Assembly: GCA_963810625.1 (NCBI GenBank)
Contig: CAWEOJ010000002.1
Coordinates: 8,177 to 72,176 of the forward strand
From: an uncultured Acidobacteriota bacterium
GTDB lineage: Bacteria; Acidobacteriota; Terriglobia; Acidiferrales; UBA7541
DNA length: 64,000 nt
Direction of reading: 5' to 3'
The position numbers and the translations under genes were made by a program. Under the pieces are notes generated by a model. It saw only the letters and a list, made by a program, of their open reading frames with translations. It was not told the DNA's origin and made no database searches. Shown here in pieces: positions 1-10,485 of the stretch (within the stretch, counting starts at the first letter, position 1; every line of letters starts with the position of its first letter).

Positions 1-692
1 TTCAGGCCCAGGGAAAGAAGGTCCACATGATCGAGCGAAGCCCACAGTGCTTCGATGCCCTGGCCGGCGAGCATCGTCCCCATGGCCTCAATGGTCACGG
101 AGATCATCAGCGGAATCGGCTGGCCAAGCTCGCGGGCCAGCTCCTCGATTGCGAGCGCGCCGGCCTTGATGTTGCGTGTGTCCTGGCACGTCTCGAGCAA
201 AAGAATGTCCGCCCCGCCTTCAATCAGCCCGCGCGCCTGCTCCAGGAAATTCCCGCGAAGCTCGTCGAACGTGACCCCTCCGGTTACGCTGATCGCTTTC
301 GTCGTCGGCCCCATCGAGCCGGCGACAAAGCGCGGCTTGGCCGGCCTGGAAAATTCATCCGCGGCCTGCCGCGCCAGTTCCGCCGCGCGACGGTTGATGT
401 CGCGTGCGCGATCGCCCAGCCCATACTCCGCGAGCACCAGGGGCGTGCCCCCGAAGGAATTCGTCTCGATAATGTCCGAGCCGGCCTCGAGATACTTGCG
501 GTGAATTCCCAGCACCACATCGGGGCGCGTCATCACCAGATTCTCATTGCAGCCTTCCAGGCGCGGTCCTCCGAAATCAGCCGCCGTGAGGTTAGCCTGT
601 TGCAGCATAGTGCCCATCGCGCCGTCCAGGATGAGGATGCGCTCGCGGAGAAGTTCGCGGAGGGCCAGGCCCTGTTGGATCAGGTTTCTCAT
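1..692 (-). CDS. metH: methionine synthase MetH, N-terminal homocysteine-binding (S-methyltransferase) domain; 5' part only, gene runs off the left edge
   Basis: Manual minus-strand translation from ATG (CAT at 690-692): MRNLIQQGLALRELLRERILILDGAMGTMLQQ...NENLVMTRPDVVLGIHRKYLEAGSDIIETNSFGG...ILLLETCQDTRNIKAG, a typical Hcy-domain sequence. Track ORF +27..713 is its antisense shadow. Confidence 0.85.
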   Translation of the reverse strand, partial: MRNLIQQGLALRELLRERILILDGAMGTMLQQANLTAADFGGPRLEGCNENLVMTRPDVVLGIHRKYLEAGSDIIETNSFGGTPLVLAEYGLGDRARDINRRAAELARQAADEFSRPAKPRFVAGSMGPTTKAISVTGGVTFDELRGNFLEQARGLIEGGADILLLETCQDTRNIKAGALAIEELARELGQPIPLMISVTIEAMGTMLAGQGIEALWASLDHVDLLSLGL

Positions 693-879
693 GTGTTCAG
701 GATTATCCCGTGAAAATTCCCGCAAGGGGAAGCTGCGACGCACGAATGGAAGCTTGTTCGATACGAGGGGCCGGCAGCGACGCCGGACGAAATGTCAAAG
801 ACGATGCATATTGTGAAGGCGCTTCACCTGCCAGGAATTTCCATTATACCGCAAACAGGCTGCGGGCGCACCCCGTTCG

Positions 880-1752
880 TCAAGCGGCGGCGGCCTCGGA
901 AAGGAACTCCACTTCGAAGGGCCGCGGGACCAGGCCGGCCTCCGCTCCGCGCGCGAAGAGCTCGCGGACCGCCCGGCGCCCCTCCTCGCCATAATCGAGC
1001 GTCCAGCGGTTCACATACATCCCGATAAACTTGTCGGCGAGCGCCGAGTCCATGTCGCGGGCGAACTGCATGGCATAGTTGAGCGCGGCCTCGCGATGCG
1101 CGAGCGCATAGCTGATGCTTTCGCGGATCACGCGGGCCACCTGGAGTCCCATCTGTCTGCCCAGGCGCCGGCGGATGGCGTTCGCGCCGAGCGGGAGCGG
1201 AAGCCCTGTGGACTCCTGCCACCACTGCCCCAGGTCCACCACGCGGTGCAAGCCCACTTGCGCGAACACCAGTTGGCCCTCGTGAATCAGCAGCCCGGCC
1301 TCGACCTCCTTGGCCTGCACGGCGCCCAGAATCTTGTCGAAGGGCATGGTTACAATCTCGACTTTGGGCTCGAAAATCTTCAGGGCGAGGTAGGAGGTTG
1401 TGAGCGTTCCCGGCACGGCGATCTTGCGCCCGGCCAGATCCCCCTTCTCGATGGGATGGGACGCGACGACCACCGGGCCGTATCCTTCGCCGAAGCTCGC
1501 CCCGCAATCCAGCAGAACGTACTTATCGGCCACGAAGGCGTAGCCGTAAAAGCTCACCGCGGTGATGTCGTATGTTTCCTGCTGCGCCGCCTGGTTGAGC
1601 GTTTCGATGTCCGAAAGGATATGCGTGAACTTGACCCCCGGAAGCCGGACCTTCCCCGTGGCCAGCGCGTAGAACATGAAGGCATCATCGCTGTCGGGAG
1701 AATGCGCCAACCGCAGGGACGTCGTCTTTGGCGAAGCTGCTGGTGTGGACAT
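880..1752 (-). CDS. MqnA/MqnD/SBP-family protein (futalosine-pathway menaquinone biosynthesis-like)
   Basis: Internal ATG of ORF 880..2088 (CAT at 1750-1752). MSTPAASPKTTSLRLAHSPDSDDAFMFYALATGKV...DIETLNQAA...GPVVVA resembles MqnA/MqnD periplasmic-binding-fold enzymes. The N-terminal 112 aa of the track ORF are Arg/Ser-rich junk. Confidence 0.7.
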   Translation of the reverse strand: MSTPAASPKTTSLRLAHSPDSDDAFMFYALATGKVRLPGVKFTHILSDIETLNQAAQQETYDITAVSFYGYAFVADKYVLLDCGASFGEGYGPVVVASHPIEKGDLAGRKIAVPGTLTTSYLALKIFEPKVEIVTMPFDKILGAVQAKEVEAGLLIHEGQLVFAQVGLHRVVDLGQWWQESTGLPLPLGANAIRRRLGRQMGLQVARVIRESISYALAHREAALNYAMQFARDMDSALADKFIGMYVNRWTLDYGEEGRRAVRELFARGAEAGLVPRPFEVEFLSEAAAA

Positions 1753-1918
1753 GGCCTGGTCCGTTCTCGTGTTCAAATCTTCGCGTCGAATCGCCACAAG
1801 GATACCATACCGCGCCGCTGCGCACACCGGCCGTCTGTGGAAAACGAGAGAGCTACTTGGCGGGCAGGATATCTCGCGGCGCAATTCGCCCGCGCTCGCG
1901 CCACGCGTGGCGCTCCCA

Positions 1919-2353
1919 TTATTGAACAGTCGAGCGGGAGGAAACCGGGAGCGGCGAAGCGTGATGGGTGGCGAGGAGCCAGCGGTCTTCGCGGAGGATG
2001 AAAATGTTGGTGGCTTGCACGACGGCGTCGTCGAAGCTGTCCGCGGACGCTGTCGTGACGTGCGCCGTGCATGACACCCAGCCGACATTGTCCTCGACGC
2101 GAATCCACACGCCGCTCAGGGCCACGCGCACGCGCTTGGTGTTGGCGAAGATGCGCGCCCAGCGCTCGCGGATCTCGTCCCAGCCCAGGAGAATGCTCCA
2201 GCCCGGCTGCACGCACTGCACGGCGTCGTCGTGCGCCCACACGGCTTCCATCTGGGCCATGTCGAGCGACTCGAACGCCGCATAGAAGCGCTGATTGGCC
2301 AGGCGCAGGGCCTCTTCCGGAGTTTGTTTTTGTGATGCGGTTTGCGTGGACAT
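1919..2353 (-). CDS. NTF2/SnoaL-like (DUF4440-type) protein
   Basis: 144-aa ORF. ANQRFYAAFESLDMAQMEAVWAHDD...WVSCTAHV...NIFILREDRWLLATHHAS is a typical SnoaL-like fold pattern. Confidence 0.7.
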   Translation of the reverse strand: MSTQTASQKQTPEEALRLANQRFYAAFESLDMAQMEAVWAHDDAVQCVQPGWSILLGWDEIRERWARIFANTKRVRVALSGVWIRVEDNVGWVSCTAHVTTASADSFDDAVVQATNIFILREDRWLLATHHASPLPVSSRSTVQ

Positions 2354-2443
2354 CGCTGGATCCGCAAAATTCGAACGTGAGAAGAGTATGACTGCAGCCT
2401 CTATGAAAATGTCGAGCGGGTATTATACCCGAGCATCGGCGCC

Positions 2444-3355
2444 CTACGGAGTCTTTTCGCCGGCGACGAGCGGCCCCTCCGCCGTGGCGGGCGCGCCATG
2501 ACTATCCGCGCCATGAATTTTTCCCTCCTGGTCCAGCAGGAAAGAGCGCCGGCCCGACTTCCCGTAGTTCTCCGGAGTTGCCGCGATCTCAAATGTTGTG
2601 CTCGTGCCATCCGCGGCGGGAACCGTGCGATAGCTGAAGCGATAGCCGCCCTCGCTTCCAGCGGCGAGCTGCGCGTCCACGAGAGACGCCTCGTCGGGCG
2701 AAACTTCATCCTTGGGTGCAGGACCGAGTTGCGCGAGCGATTGCGGCAAATTGCCGAACGCGCGGCGGTACGATTCGACGGCGTCCGCGAGATTGCGCAA
2801 CGCGGCGATAGCTGCATCCTCGTGGTCGGCGATATCCTCGTCGGCCCATCGCTGCGCCAGTTGCGGGACGTCAAGAAGCACCAGCCCGAGCGAAAGAAGT
2901 TTCCAACCGCCGCCTTCGCGGACCAAGCCGAAGTCTGTCTGCTGGCTGTTAACGACCGTGACCGTGATGAAGGAAAGATTTTCCTTCGTTCGGCCGGCTC
3001 CAAAGCGGAATTCGGCCGTTTGCTGCGGCGTTTCGCAGCGCAGGATGATGTGATTCTGCGCGTCGGTGGAGAGGAGGGGCTTGCCGGGCCCATCGGAAAG
3101 CGAGAAGCGCTTGAGAAATTCCGTGCGCTGATCCAGCGGCAAGCCGTGAAATGCGGCGGCGTTGTCGGCCGTGAGATAGGAGGCAAACTGCGCCTCATCG
3201 GCGCGGCATGCGGCGGCGAGCGCGCCGGAGAGCGCGGCGACGGGATCGGATTCGGCGGCTTGCTGTGCGCGCGCAGGTTGCGCCGCGAAAAGCGCAAAAA
3301 AAACGAGCGCCGTCCCGGCGAGGAGCACCATCCCGAAATTCGCGCGCGATTTCAT
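2444..3355 (-). CDS. secreted hypothetical protein
   Basis: 303-aa ORF with signal peptide (MKSRANFGMVLLAGTALVFFALFAAQPARAQQ). ATGA overlap with the upstream receiver gene. Confidence 0.65.
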   Translation of the reverse strand: MKSRANFGMVLLAGTALVFFALFAAQPARAQQAAESDPVAALSGALAAACRADEAQFASYLTADNAAAFHGLPLDQRTEFLKRFSLSDGPGKPLLSTDAQNHIILRCETPQQTAEFRFGAGRTKENLSFITVTVVNSQQTDFGLVREGGGWKLLSLGLVLLDVPQLAQRWADEDIADHEDAAIAALRNLADAVESYRRAFGNLPQSLAQLGPAPKDEVSPDEASLVDAQLAAGSEGGYRFSYRTVPAADGTSTTFEIAATPENYGKSGRRSFLLDQEGKIHGADSHGAPATAEGPLVAGEKTP

Positions 3356-3714
3356 GACGACTCGGATTTCGCCCGCGCCAGGATGGTTGCCAGGTCGCGC
3401 GTGAATTTCGATCGCGGCATCACTTCGCGGCAGCCCGCCGCGCGGGCGCGTTCCGCAAGGTCCTGCTGCACGTGCGAAAGGAATCCTATCAGCGGAATCG
3501 TGAGCCCCGCGGCCTGCAAGCGCTCGATGGCCTCAAGCGGATGGTCGCGCGCGTTCAAATCCACCACCACGAGCTTCGCGGCGCCCTTGGCGACTTCGGC
3601 CACCAGCGCATCGGGCGTCGAGCACGCGGAAAATTCCACGCCCAATTGCTTCGCGGTCTCGGCTAGCTTGGCCTGAAAAAATAAATCGTCCACGAGGGCC
3701 ACGACCTGCGCCAT
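3352..3714 (-). CDS. stand-alone response-regulator receiver (CheY-like) domain protein
   Basis: Start at MAQVVALVDDLFF (CAT 3712-3714) preceded by GGAGGAATTGAGG. Has the DD pair, VVVDLN acceptor Asp, and conserved Ser and Lys positions. Confidence 0.65.
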   Translation of the reverse strand: MAQVVALVDDLFFQAKLAETAKQLGVEFSACSTPDALVAEVAKGAAKLVVVDLNARDHPLEAIERLQAAGLTIPLIGFLSHVQQDLAERARAAGCREVMPRSKFTRDLATILARAKSESS

Positions 3715-3998
3715 CCTCAATTCCTCCCCGTTAACCCTGTACCATGCCCCCAGCCGCGACACAAGCGCAGCGTCCTATATTCGGCGAATGATCCTTAATT
3801 GACGGTCCCTGTCCCGCAACCTTCGCCAGCCCCGTAGGGGCGAAAGAAGTTAGCCCCGGGCGGGAGCCCGGGGTACGAATAGCAAATAGGCACGAGCGCC
3901 GTAGGTGCGACACAACCATGCCGAGATAAGCGGCCCTTCGACAAATTCTTCGGCGTGATGTATAAAAGGGCCATTCCGTCCTTTCCGGGAGGGTTTTC

Positions 3999-4529
3999 AT
4001 GGCCGCCGTACCGAGTCCTCTGGCGCTGCCGGGACTGCCTCTACTTGAGCAGACGCCCATCATCATCGAGAAAATGCTCTCCTCGGCGAACGATGAACAG
4101 ATGCAGTGGAAACCCGCCGCCGACCGCTGGTCCATCAGCGAAGTGCTGGCGCATCTGGCAGATGTGGAACAGGTAATCCGCAAGCGCATCCAGGCGATGC
4201 TCGATAGCGAGAACCCGGCTCTCGAAAATTACGATCAGAACGCCGCCTATGCCGCGGGGAAGTATTCGGGAGGAAAGCCGCGCGAACGCCTGAGAAGCTT
4301 CTGCCACGAGCGTGACCGCAGCCTCTCGTGGCTGCGCTACGTCCCTCCGGTCATGATTTCACGCACAGGCCAGCACAGCGAGGTAGGGAAAATCACCATC
4401 GGCAACGTGCTGAATGAGTGGGCGTGCCACGACCTGGGTCATGTCCGCCAGATTGCGGAAATCTATCGCGCGATTGCGTTTTACCCCTCGATGGGCCCCT
4501 TCGAGCGCTATTACACGCGGAAGCCTTGA
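3999..4529 (+). CDS. DinB-family protein
   Basis: 176-aa ORF. WSISEVLAHLADVE...HDLGHVRQI matches the DinB four-helix His-triad pattern. Confidence 0.75.
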   Translation: MAAVPSPLALPGLPLLEQTPIIIEKMLSSANDEQMQWKPAADRWSISEVLAHLADVEQVIRKRIQAMLDSENPALENYDQNAAYAAGKYSGGKPRERLRSFCHERDRSLSWLRYVPPVMISRTGQHSEVGKITIGNVLNEWACHDLGHVRQIAEIYRAIAFYPSMGPFERYYTRKP

Positions 4530-4659
4530 AGCGGTGGTCCGCGCTCCAAGGGGCAAAATCCTTATGTTGTAAATAGGGTAAATATAAGAATCGCGTAAGC
4601 AACAGCAAATACAAGGGTAAGTGATGTTTTCGGCTGTTCGCCAATTTGGGAAAGAGCGC

Positions 4660-4974
4660 TCAGTCCACAATGAAGAGGGACGCTCCGGCCTGAGAGGAAA
4701 GCCTATGGCCACCCCCATCCTGGTCGGTCACGTGGTAGCTCATGCCTTGCTTAAGACTGAATGTGGGACCGCTTTGATGCTCGATCACAACCTCGCCGGC
4801 CACCACAAACACGATATGGCCTTTGACGCACCAGTTACCCGCGTAGGCGGCGCTGTATTGGATAAGCCGGAGCCGGACGCCTCCGAACTGCTGGGCGCGG
4901 ACGGTAGCGTTCCCCAACCGGCCTGGGCGAACGTCTGGCGCGATGGTCACCCAGTCCGTGAAGCTGGCGGGCAT
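4660..4974 (-). CDS. small cupin-fold protein
   Basis: 104-aa ORF. The beta-rich GHIVFVVAGEVVIEHQSG...MSYHV pattern resembles single-domain cupins. Confidence 0.55.
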   Translation of the reverse strand: MPASFTDWVTIAPDVRPGRLGNATVRAQQFGGVRLRLIQYSAAYAGNWCVKGHIVFVVAGEVVIEHQSGPTFSLKQGMSYHVTDQDGGGHRLSSQAGASLFIVD

Positions 4975-5067
4975 CTAGCCTGTCAAGGTACTCCATTTCC
5001 ACGCCTGTGTCGTCAAGTATCCGATGCTGAGGGCAGCGGCGGAGCAGCGTAAGGACTTACGGCGAAA

Positions 5068-5508
5068 TTAGTTCTCGACTTCTTCGTGAGCGCCGACGCT
5101 TTCGTCCGGCACATCGCCCGGGCGGCCTTCCATGCGGTCGTAGACGCTGTAGTCGCACACGGAGCCGAGGGCTTCATTGTAGAAGACCGGCACACCGAGG
5201 GCCGTGCGCAGCTCTTCGTTGAAGCGGCGCAAGTCGGCGAGCTGGTTTACGCGCACCGGGAATTTCTTCCCTTCATGATTCAGGAGAAATTTTTGGTAGC
5301 CGGCATCCCACAGGTGGGCGAACTGTCCCTCGATCATGATGGAAGGCATCACCGTCATCTGATAGTTTCCCTGGGGCGTCTTGCGGAGTTCGGCGCCGCA
5401 GCCATACCTTTCGATGCGCACCACGCCGCCCGAGCTGCGCACACGAAATCCTTTGGCCGAAAGGGATTCCACCTGCGGCTGGCTGAAGATCTTGTTGACG
5501 TACCACAT
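5068..5508 (-). CDS. hypothetical protein
   Basis: 146-aa ORF with ordinary amino-acid composition; no recognisable motif. Confidence 0.55.
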   Translation of the reverse strand: MWYVNKIFSQPQVESLSAKGFRVRSSGGVVRIERYGCGAELRKTPQGNYQMTVMPSIMIEGQFAHLWDAGYQKFLLNHEGKKFPVRVNQLADLRRFNEELRTALGVPVFYNEALGSVCDYSVYDRMEGRPGDVPDESVGAHEEVEN

Positions 5509-5664
5509 CGCGCTTCAGGATATGAATTCCACACGGCATCTGTAAAGGCAAAAAAAATGGCGGCCGTGCGCCTCACACGGACAGGGTAATTTTTGAGGCC
5601 ACCGCTGATTCCTCAACTTAAGATAGCTAGGGGGTAGCTATTCGTCGTTTTTTAGTGATAATCT

Positions 5665-5898
5665 ATGATCCTAATGGCGAGGAAAAGATCACAGCTCGAC
5701 AAAGCAACGGATATTGTGGCGAAGATCATTCAGGAGCAGCTTGACACTTTGCAGGCGTCCTTAGCAGAAGCGAAGCGCAAAGAGTTGCACGATTTGGCTC
5801 TTAGAGTTTCCCCTTCTTCAGCGCACGGTAAGCGTTCACGGCCTTCGCGAACCGAGGGTCTTCGTCGAATATCCCGATCCCGCGCAAATACTGCATAA
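5665..5898 (+). CDS. small hypothetical protein (N-terminal ~45 aa look coding, the tail is the shadow of 5801..5989)
   Basis: MARKRSQLDKATDIVAKIIQEQLDTLQASLAEAKRKELHDLAL looks like a coiled coil; the Arg/Ser-rich tail overlaps the opposite ORF. Confidence 0.25.
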   Translation: MILMARKRSQLDKATDIVAKIIQEQLDTLQASLAEAKRKELHDLALRVSPSSAHGKRSRPSRTEGLRRISRSRANTA

Positions 5899-5989
5899 GA
5901 TCAAGCTCCGTTCCGAACTGAAGCAGCCTCCTTACATCTGGTTTGTAACTCTGAATCTCCCTGCGTGTGTGTTGCTTTCGTTCTCGCAT
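5801..5989 (-). CDS. small hypothetical protein in low-GC spacer
   Basis: 62-aa ORF with balanced composition. Convergently overlaps +5665..5898, so only one of the two is likely real. Confidence 0.3.
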   Translation of the reverse strand: MRERKQHTRREIQSYKPDVRRLLQFGTELDLMQYLRGIGIFDEDPRFAKAVNAYRALKKGKL

Positions 5990-6225
5990 TCGCGCTTACC
6001 ACTCCTTCGGTTCAGCCCGTCATATATAGCTTAATTATCTCACCAAGATAGCAAATCAGAAGAACCAGCCAAAGGGTTTGGGGGAAGGATGCGCCTGCGA
6101 GGCCGCGGGCGCATCTAAGCCGCATGCGTTCTTGCCAACGAGCCTTTCGAAACGCTACAGTGCTTCGCGGCTGAGCGCAGCCGGAAGCAAAATTCGCCGC
6201 TTCGGACACACCAGGGCAATCCCAG

Positions 6226-8883
6226 ATGACCGCGGAAGAAAAAAGGCTTGAAGCCAACGCCAAGCGCCAGGCCTATTGGCAGCGCTGGGGACCGTATCTT
6301 TCCGAGCGCCAATGGGGCACGGTCCGCGAGGACTACAGCCCCGATGGCGACTCCTGGAATTATTTTCCCCACGACCATGCGCGCTCCCGCGCCTATCGCT
6401 GGGGCGAAGACGGCATCGCCGGATTCTGCGACCGCCATCAGCACATCTGCTTCGCCCTCGCGCTGTGGAACGAGAAGGACCCCATCCTGAAGGAGCGCCT
6501 CTTCGGCCTCACCAACCGCGAAGGAAATCACGGAGAGGACGTGAAGGAATGCTATTACTACCTCGACGCCACGCCCACGAGTTCCTACCTGAAATATCTC
6601 TATAAATATCCGCAGGCGGCTTTCCCGTACGACCAGCTCGTCGCCGAAAATGGCAAGCGCACGCGCCTCGAACCGGAATACGAGTTGGTGGACACGGGCG
6701 TATTTGCCGAGAATCGCTACTTCGACATTTTCGTGGAATACGCCAAGGCCTCGGTGGAAGACATTCTCATCCGCATCACGGCGTGGAATCGCGGCCCCGA
6801 TCCCGCCCGGCTGCACGTCCTGCCATCCCTGTGGTTCCGCAACCGCTGGGCCTGGGGCGAAAATTACGATCCGCCGCAAGTGGCGCGCATCGAAGGGCCG
6901 CCGGGAACCGCGCTCCTGGAACTCGCGGAATATCACTACGGCAAGCGCTGGCTGCTAATCGAAGGCGCGCCCGAGCTGCTTTTCACCGAGAATGAAACCA
7001 ACATGGAGCGGCTCTTTGGCCAGAAGAGCCGCACGCCCTACGTAAAGGACGCTTTCGACCGGTACATCCTCCGCGGCGAGAGCTCCGCCGTGAATCCGGC
7101 ACTGAAGGGAACGAAGGCAGCCGCGCATTTTGCCGCGCCCATCGCGCCCGGGGCAAGCTGGACGATTCGTCTGCGCCTGATGGACAGCAACCCCGCCGCG
7201 AATCGCGGCGCGGCGCGGGAACTTTTCGGTCCGGCGTTCGGCGGGATGTTCGATCTGCGGCTGAAAGAAGCCGATGAGTTTTACGCCAAGCGCGCGGGCC
7301 CCGGCGCGAGCGACGACGCGCGGCACGTGCAGCGCCAGGCGTTTGCCGGGCTCCTGTGGGACAAGCAGAGCTATCACTACGACGTGGGCCGCTGGCTCCG
7401 CGGCGATCCCACGCAGCCCAAGCCCGATCCCCGGCGCCTGAAGGGCCGCAACCACGATTGGTTCAATCTGCACAACGCGGACGTGATTTCCATGCCCGAC
7501 AAATGGGAATATCCGTGGTACGCCGCATGGGACCTGGCCTTTCATTGCGTGACCATGGCCCTGATTGATCCCAGCTTCGCGAAGCAGCAGCTCATTCTTT
7601 TCCTGCGCGAATGGTACATGCACCCCAGCGGCAAGCTCCCCGCCTATGAATATAATTTCTCCGACGTGAATCCCCCGGTGCACGCCTGGGCGGCGTGGCG
7701 CGTTTATAAAATCGCGGGCCGCATCCAGGGCAAGCCGGACCGCGTTTTCCTCGAGCGCGTGTTTCATAAGCTGCTGATCAACTTCACCTGGTGGGTGAAT
7801 CGCAAGGACCCCGAGGGCATGAACGTGTTTCAGGGAGGTTTTCTGGGCCTCGACAACATCGGCATTTTCGACCGATCGAGACCCCTGGGTCCCGGAAATT
7901 ACATCGAGCAATCCGACGCCACCAGTTGGATGGCCATGTTCTGCCTGGACATGCTGGCCATCGCGCTCGAGCTGGCCCGCGAGAATCCGGCGTACGAAGA
8001 CGTGGCCAGCAAATTCTTCGAGCATTTTGTTTTCATTTCGCAGGCCATGAACAACATGGGCGGCTCGGGAATCGGGCTATGGAACGAGCAGGACGGCTTC
8101 TATTACGACGTGCTGAACATCGGCGACAGCGAGCACGTCCCCATGAAGGTGCGCTCCATGGTCGGGCTGGTGCCGCTCTTCGCCGTGCAGACGTTCGAAC
8201 CGGAAGACATCGCGCCGATGAAGCACTTCACCCGTCGGATGAAGTGGTTCCTCGATCATCACGCGGACGTGGGCGAGCACGTGGACATGAGCCAGCGCAC
8301 GGAGCACGGCGCGCGATTGCTCCTCACGCTGGCCAACCGCCGGAAGCTCGAACGAATCTACCGCTACGTCGCGGATGAAGATGAATTTCTCTCTCCCTGC
8401 GGCGTGCGCGCGCTTTCCAAATTTCATGCCGCTCATCCTTTCATGCTCACGATGGACGGCATGTCGAGCGCCGTGGACTACGAGCCCGCCGAATCCAAGA
8501 GCGACCTTTTCGGCGGCAATTCCAACTGGCGCGGCCCCGTGTGGTTCCCCATGAATTTTCTGCTGATCGAATCCATGCAGCGGGTTCATTTCTATTACGG
8601 CGACGATTTCAAGGTGGAGTTTCCGGCGCGCTCGGGCATGCGGCTCAATCTGTGGGATGCCGCACGCGAAATTTCGCGCCGCCTTTCGTGCATTTTTCTG
8701 CGCCGCGATGGCCGACGGCCCGTCTACGGCGATGTGGCGCTGTTTCAGGATGATCCCTTCTGGCGCGACCTGATCCTCTTCTACGAGTATTTCCACGGCG
8801 AGACCGGCGCGGGACTCGGTGCCAGCCACCAGACCGGATGGACGGCGCTCGTCGCCAAGCTGATCGAGCAGAGCGGGGAATAA
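6226..8883 (+). CDS. GH63-like (MGH1-type) glucosidase / (alpha/alpha)6-barrel glycoside hydrolase
   Basis: 885-aa [21 protein letters not shown]...[14 protein letters not shown]...[14 protein letters not shown] resembles bacterial GH63-like glucosidases. Confidence 0.75.
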   Translation: MTAEEKRLEANAKRQAYWQRWGPYLSERQWGTVREDYSPDGDSWNYFPHDHARSRAYRWGEDGIAGFCDRHQHICFALALWNEKDPILKERLFGLTNREGNHGEDVKECYYYLDATPTSSYLKYLYKYPQAAFPYDQLVAENGKRTRLEPEYELVDTGVFAENRYFDIFVEYAKASVEDILIRITAWNRGPDPARLHVLPSLWFRNRWAWGENYDPPQVARIEGPPGTALLELAEYHYGKRWLLIEGAPELLFTENETNMERLFGQKSRTPYVKDAFDRYILRGESSAVNPALKGTKAAAHFAAPIAPGASWTIRLRLMDSNPAANRGAARELFGPAFGGMFDLRLKEADEFYAKRAGPGASDDARHVQRQAFAGLLWDKQSYHYDVGRWLRGDPTQPKPDPRRLKGRNHDWFNLHNADVISMPDKWEYPWYAAWDLAFHCVTMALIDPSFAKQQLILFLREWYMHPSGKLPAYEYNFSDVNPPVHAWAAWRVYKIAGRIQGKPDRVFLERVFHKLLINFTWWVNRKDPEGMNVFQGGFLGLDNIGIFDRSRPLGPGNYIEQSDATSWMAMFCLDMLAIALELARENPAYEDVASKFFEHFVFISQAMNNMGGSGIGLWNEQDGFYYDVLNIGDSEHVPMKVRSMVGLVPLFAVQTFEPEDIAPMKHFTRRMKWFLDHHADVGEHVDMSQRTEHGARLLLTLANRRKLERIYRYVADEDEFLSPCGVRALSKFHAAHPFMLTMDGMSSAVDYEPAESKSDLFGGNSNWRGPVWFPMNFLLIESMQRVHFYYGDDFKVEFPARSGMRLNLWDAAREISRRLSCIFLRRDGRRPVYGDVALFQDDPFWRDLILFYEYFHGETGAGLGASHQTGWTALVAKLIEQSGE

Positions 8884-8900
8884 TTCTTCCGGGGCCGCGT

Positions 8901-9503
8901 TCACGCCTGCTTCGGCGGCGCGCTTCCTGAAGGCAGTTCTACAAGCTCGATGAGGACTTTCCTTCCCTTCGCCGGCGCAAGTAAGAAATTCACGCGCGTC
9001 CCATCGGCGCCGGCGCGCGCGGCGGGATAAATGGGCGCGAGGCCGAATCGCCTGCGCAGAATCCGCGTCGCGCGGCCGATATCGCGCACGGGGATTTCGA
9101 TCTGTTGAATGCCTTCGCCGAATTTCCGCAGATACTGGGCGATGGCCCCGTTTCCATCCGGCTGCCGCGCCGCGAGGATGCCCAGCCGGACGCCCTCCGG
9201 GAAATCGAGGCCGAACTCCTCTACGTCATGTTCCGGCGGCACGTTCGCAAGGCGTGGGGATCCGTTCGCTGCGCGAATGCGTTCGAAGGTTTCCCGCTCC
9301 ACCGCAAGCCCCACCGCGATTCCCGGCGGCCATGATTTTGTATCGGCGTGGTCGAAGCCTGCGTTTGGAAATATGTCCGGATCGCGAAACCACTCCTCGA
9401 TCGCCGGCCGCGCAAGTTCGCGGCTGCGCTCGAAGATTTCCCGGGCCGCGCGTTGGCGCTCGGAAGGGTCCGCGCTGTGCAGGCTGCGGATGAGCGAAGC
9501 CAT
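8901..9503 (-). CDS. hypothetical protein with VOC/glyoxalase-like C-terminal half
   Basis: Start taken at MASLIRSLHS (CAT 9501-9503); composition is ordinary. Confidence 0.5.
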   Translation of the reverse strand: MASLIRSLHSADPSERQRAAREIFERSRELARPAIEEWFRDPDIFPNAGFDHADTKSWPPGIAVGLAVERETFERIRAANGSPRLANVPPEHDVEEFGLDFPEGVRLGILAARQPDGNGAIAQYLRKFGEGIQQIEIPVRDIGRATRILRRRFGLAPIYPAARAGADGTRVNFLLAPAKGRKVLIELVELPSGSAPPKQA

Positions 9504-9545
9504 GGCGGGGATTTCGGGCACGGGGAGCCTCACACGGAGAATTCG

Positions 9546-10421
9546 TCAGGGAGATGATGAGGGGGCGGGCGCGATGGCATTGACGTTTTCAAGCGCGATG
9601 CGCGCGGTCTCGCCCGGACGCACGGTCACAGGCACATCCCAGCGCAGCCGCACGTCGCCAACCGTGGCGGCCACGTCCAGCGTGCTCAGCCAATAATTTC
9701 CGGGAGGGATGCCGGCGAGGAAGCCTTCGCCTTGCAGGTTGGTTTCCGTGCGCGCCACCCGGTATTTCGATTGCGCCATCTCGAGCGTCAGGCGCTCGAT
9801 CTGAGGCGTCCGTTTCGCCTCGAGCGCCTGCCATTTCTCGCTCGGGTCAACGGCCGCAAGACCCAGATCAATCCCGTCAATGGTATCGGTATTGGCTTCC
9901 ATGAAGTGGCGAACCTGTTCCCGATATTCCGCCGAGAGCTTTTCGTATTTCGCCGGATCCTTCGTTTTATCCGAGGCCTTGAACTTCGGCTTCGGGAAAT
10001 TGACGGACTGGTCTCCAGAATTTCTCTCGAGATAGGCTTGGTAGAATTCCGGCACGGCCATCACGTCCGCCGGGTGCAGCTTGTGAATGAAGTCCTCCCC
10101 TTTGAAGGAAACGCAGTGGTTCTTTTTCATCCAGGCTTTCAATTCAGGGGAAACGTCGAGCGTGTCAATGAACGCATCCATATTGGGCTTTGGATACGCG
10201 GCGTTTGCTTGCTGCTGGATGTCTTCAAAGCTCCTGTTCAGAAGATAGAAGGGGAAGCCTCGCACCGGCTCTTCCACGCCGCTGGAGGGCGTGGCCCGGG
10301 CGGCGAATTCGATGGAGCCGTTTTGCGCGGCGGCGGGAAGCGTGGCCGCGACGGCCACAGCCGCAATGACCGCGGCGACGAGAACAACAGCGAAACCGAT
10401 GGCGCGTTTCATCCCGCTCAT
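9546..10421 (-). CDS. secreted protein with C-terminal carboxypeptidase-regulatory-like beta-sandwich
   Basis: Signal peptide MSGMKRAIGFAVVLVAAVIAAVAVAATLPAAAQ; C-terminal GIPPGNYWLSTLD...VTVRPGETARI. Confidence 0.6.
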   Translation of the reverse strand: MSGMKRAIGFAVVLVAAVIAAVAVAATLPAAAQNGSIEFAARATPSSGVEEPVRGFPFYLLNRSFEDIQQQANAAYPKPNMDAFIDTLDVSPELKAWMKKNHCVSFKGEDFIHKLHPADVMAVPEFYQAYLERNSGDQSVNFPKPKFKASDKTKDPAKYEKLSAEYREQVRHFMEANTDTIDGIDLGLAAVDPSEKWQALEAKRTPQIERLTLEMAQSKYRVARTETNLQGEGFLAGIPPGNYWLSTLDVAATVGDVRLRWDVPVTVRPGETARIALENVNAIAPAPSSSP

Positions 10422-10485
10422 CGTAGCAGAACGCCGCGCGCTCCGGCGCAAATGGGTCCAAGTGGTTAACGCCGCTCGGGGAAAC

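Noticed and set aside
693-879. Riboswitch (B12, SAM or SAH) in the 187-nt leader upstream of metH
   Set aside because: A TATAAT box (reverse strand, 843-848) and small hairpins are present, but I could not recognise a B12 box or the SAM/SAH conserved cores by eye. A covariance-model scan is needed.
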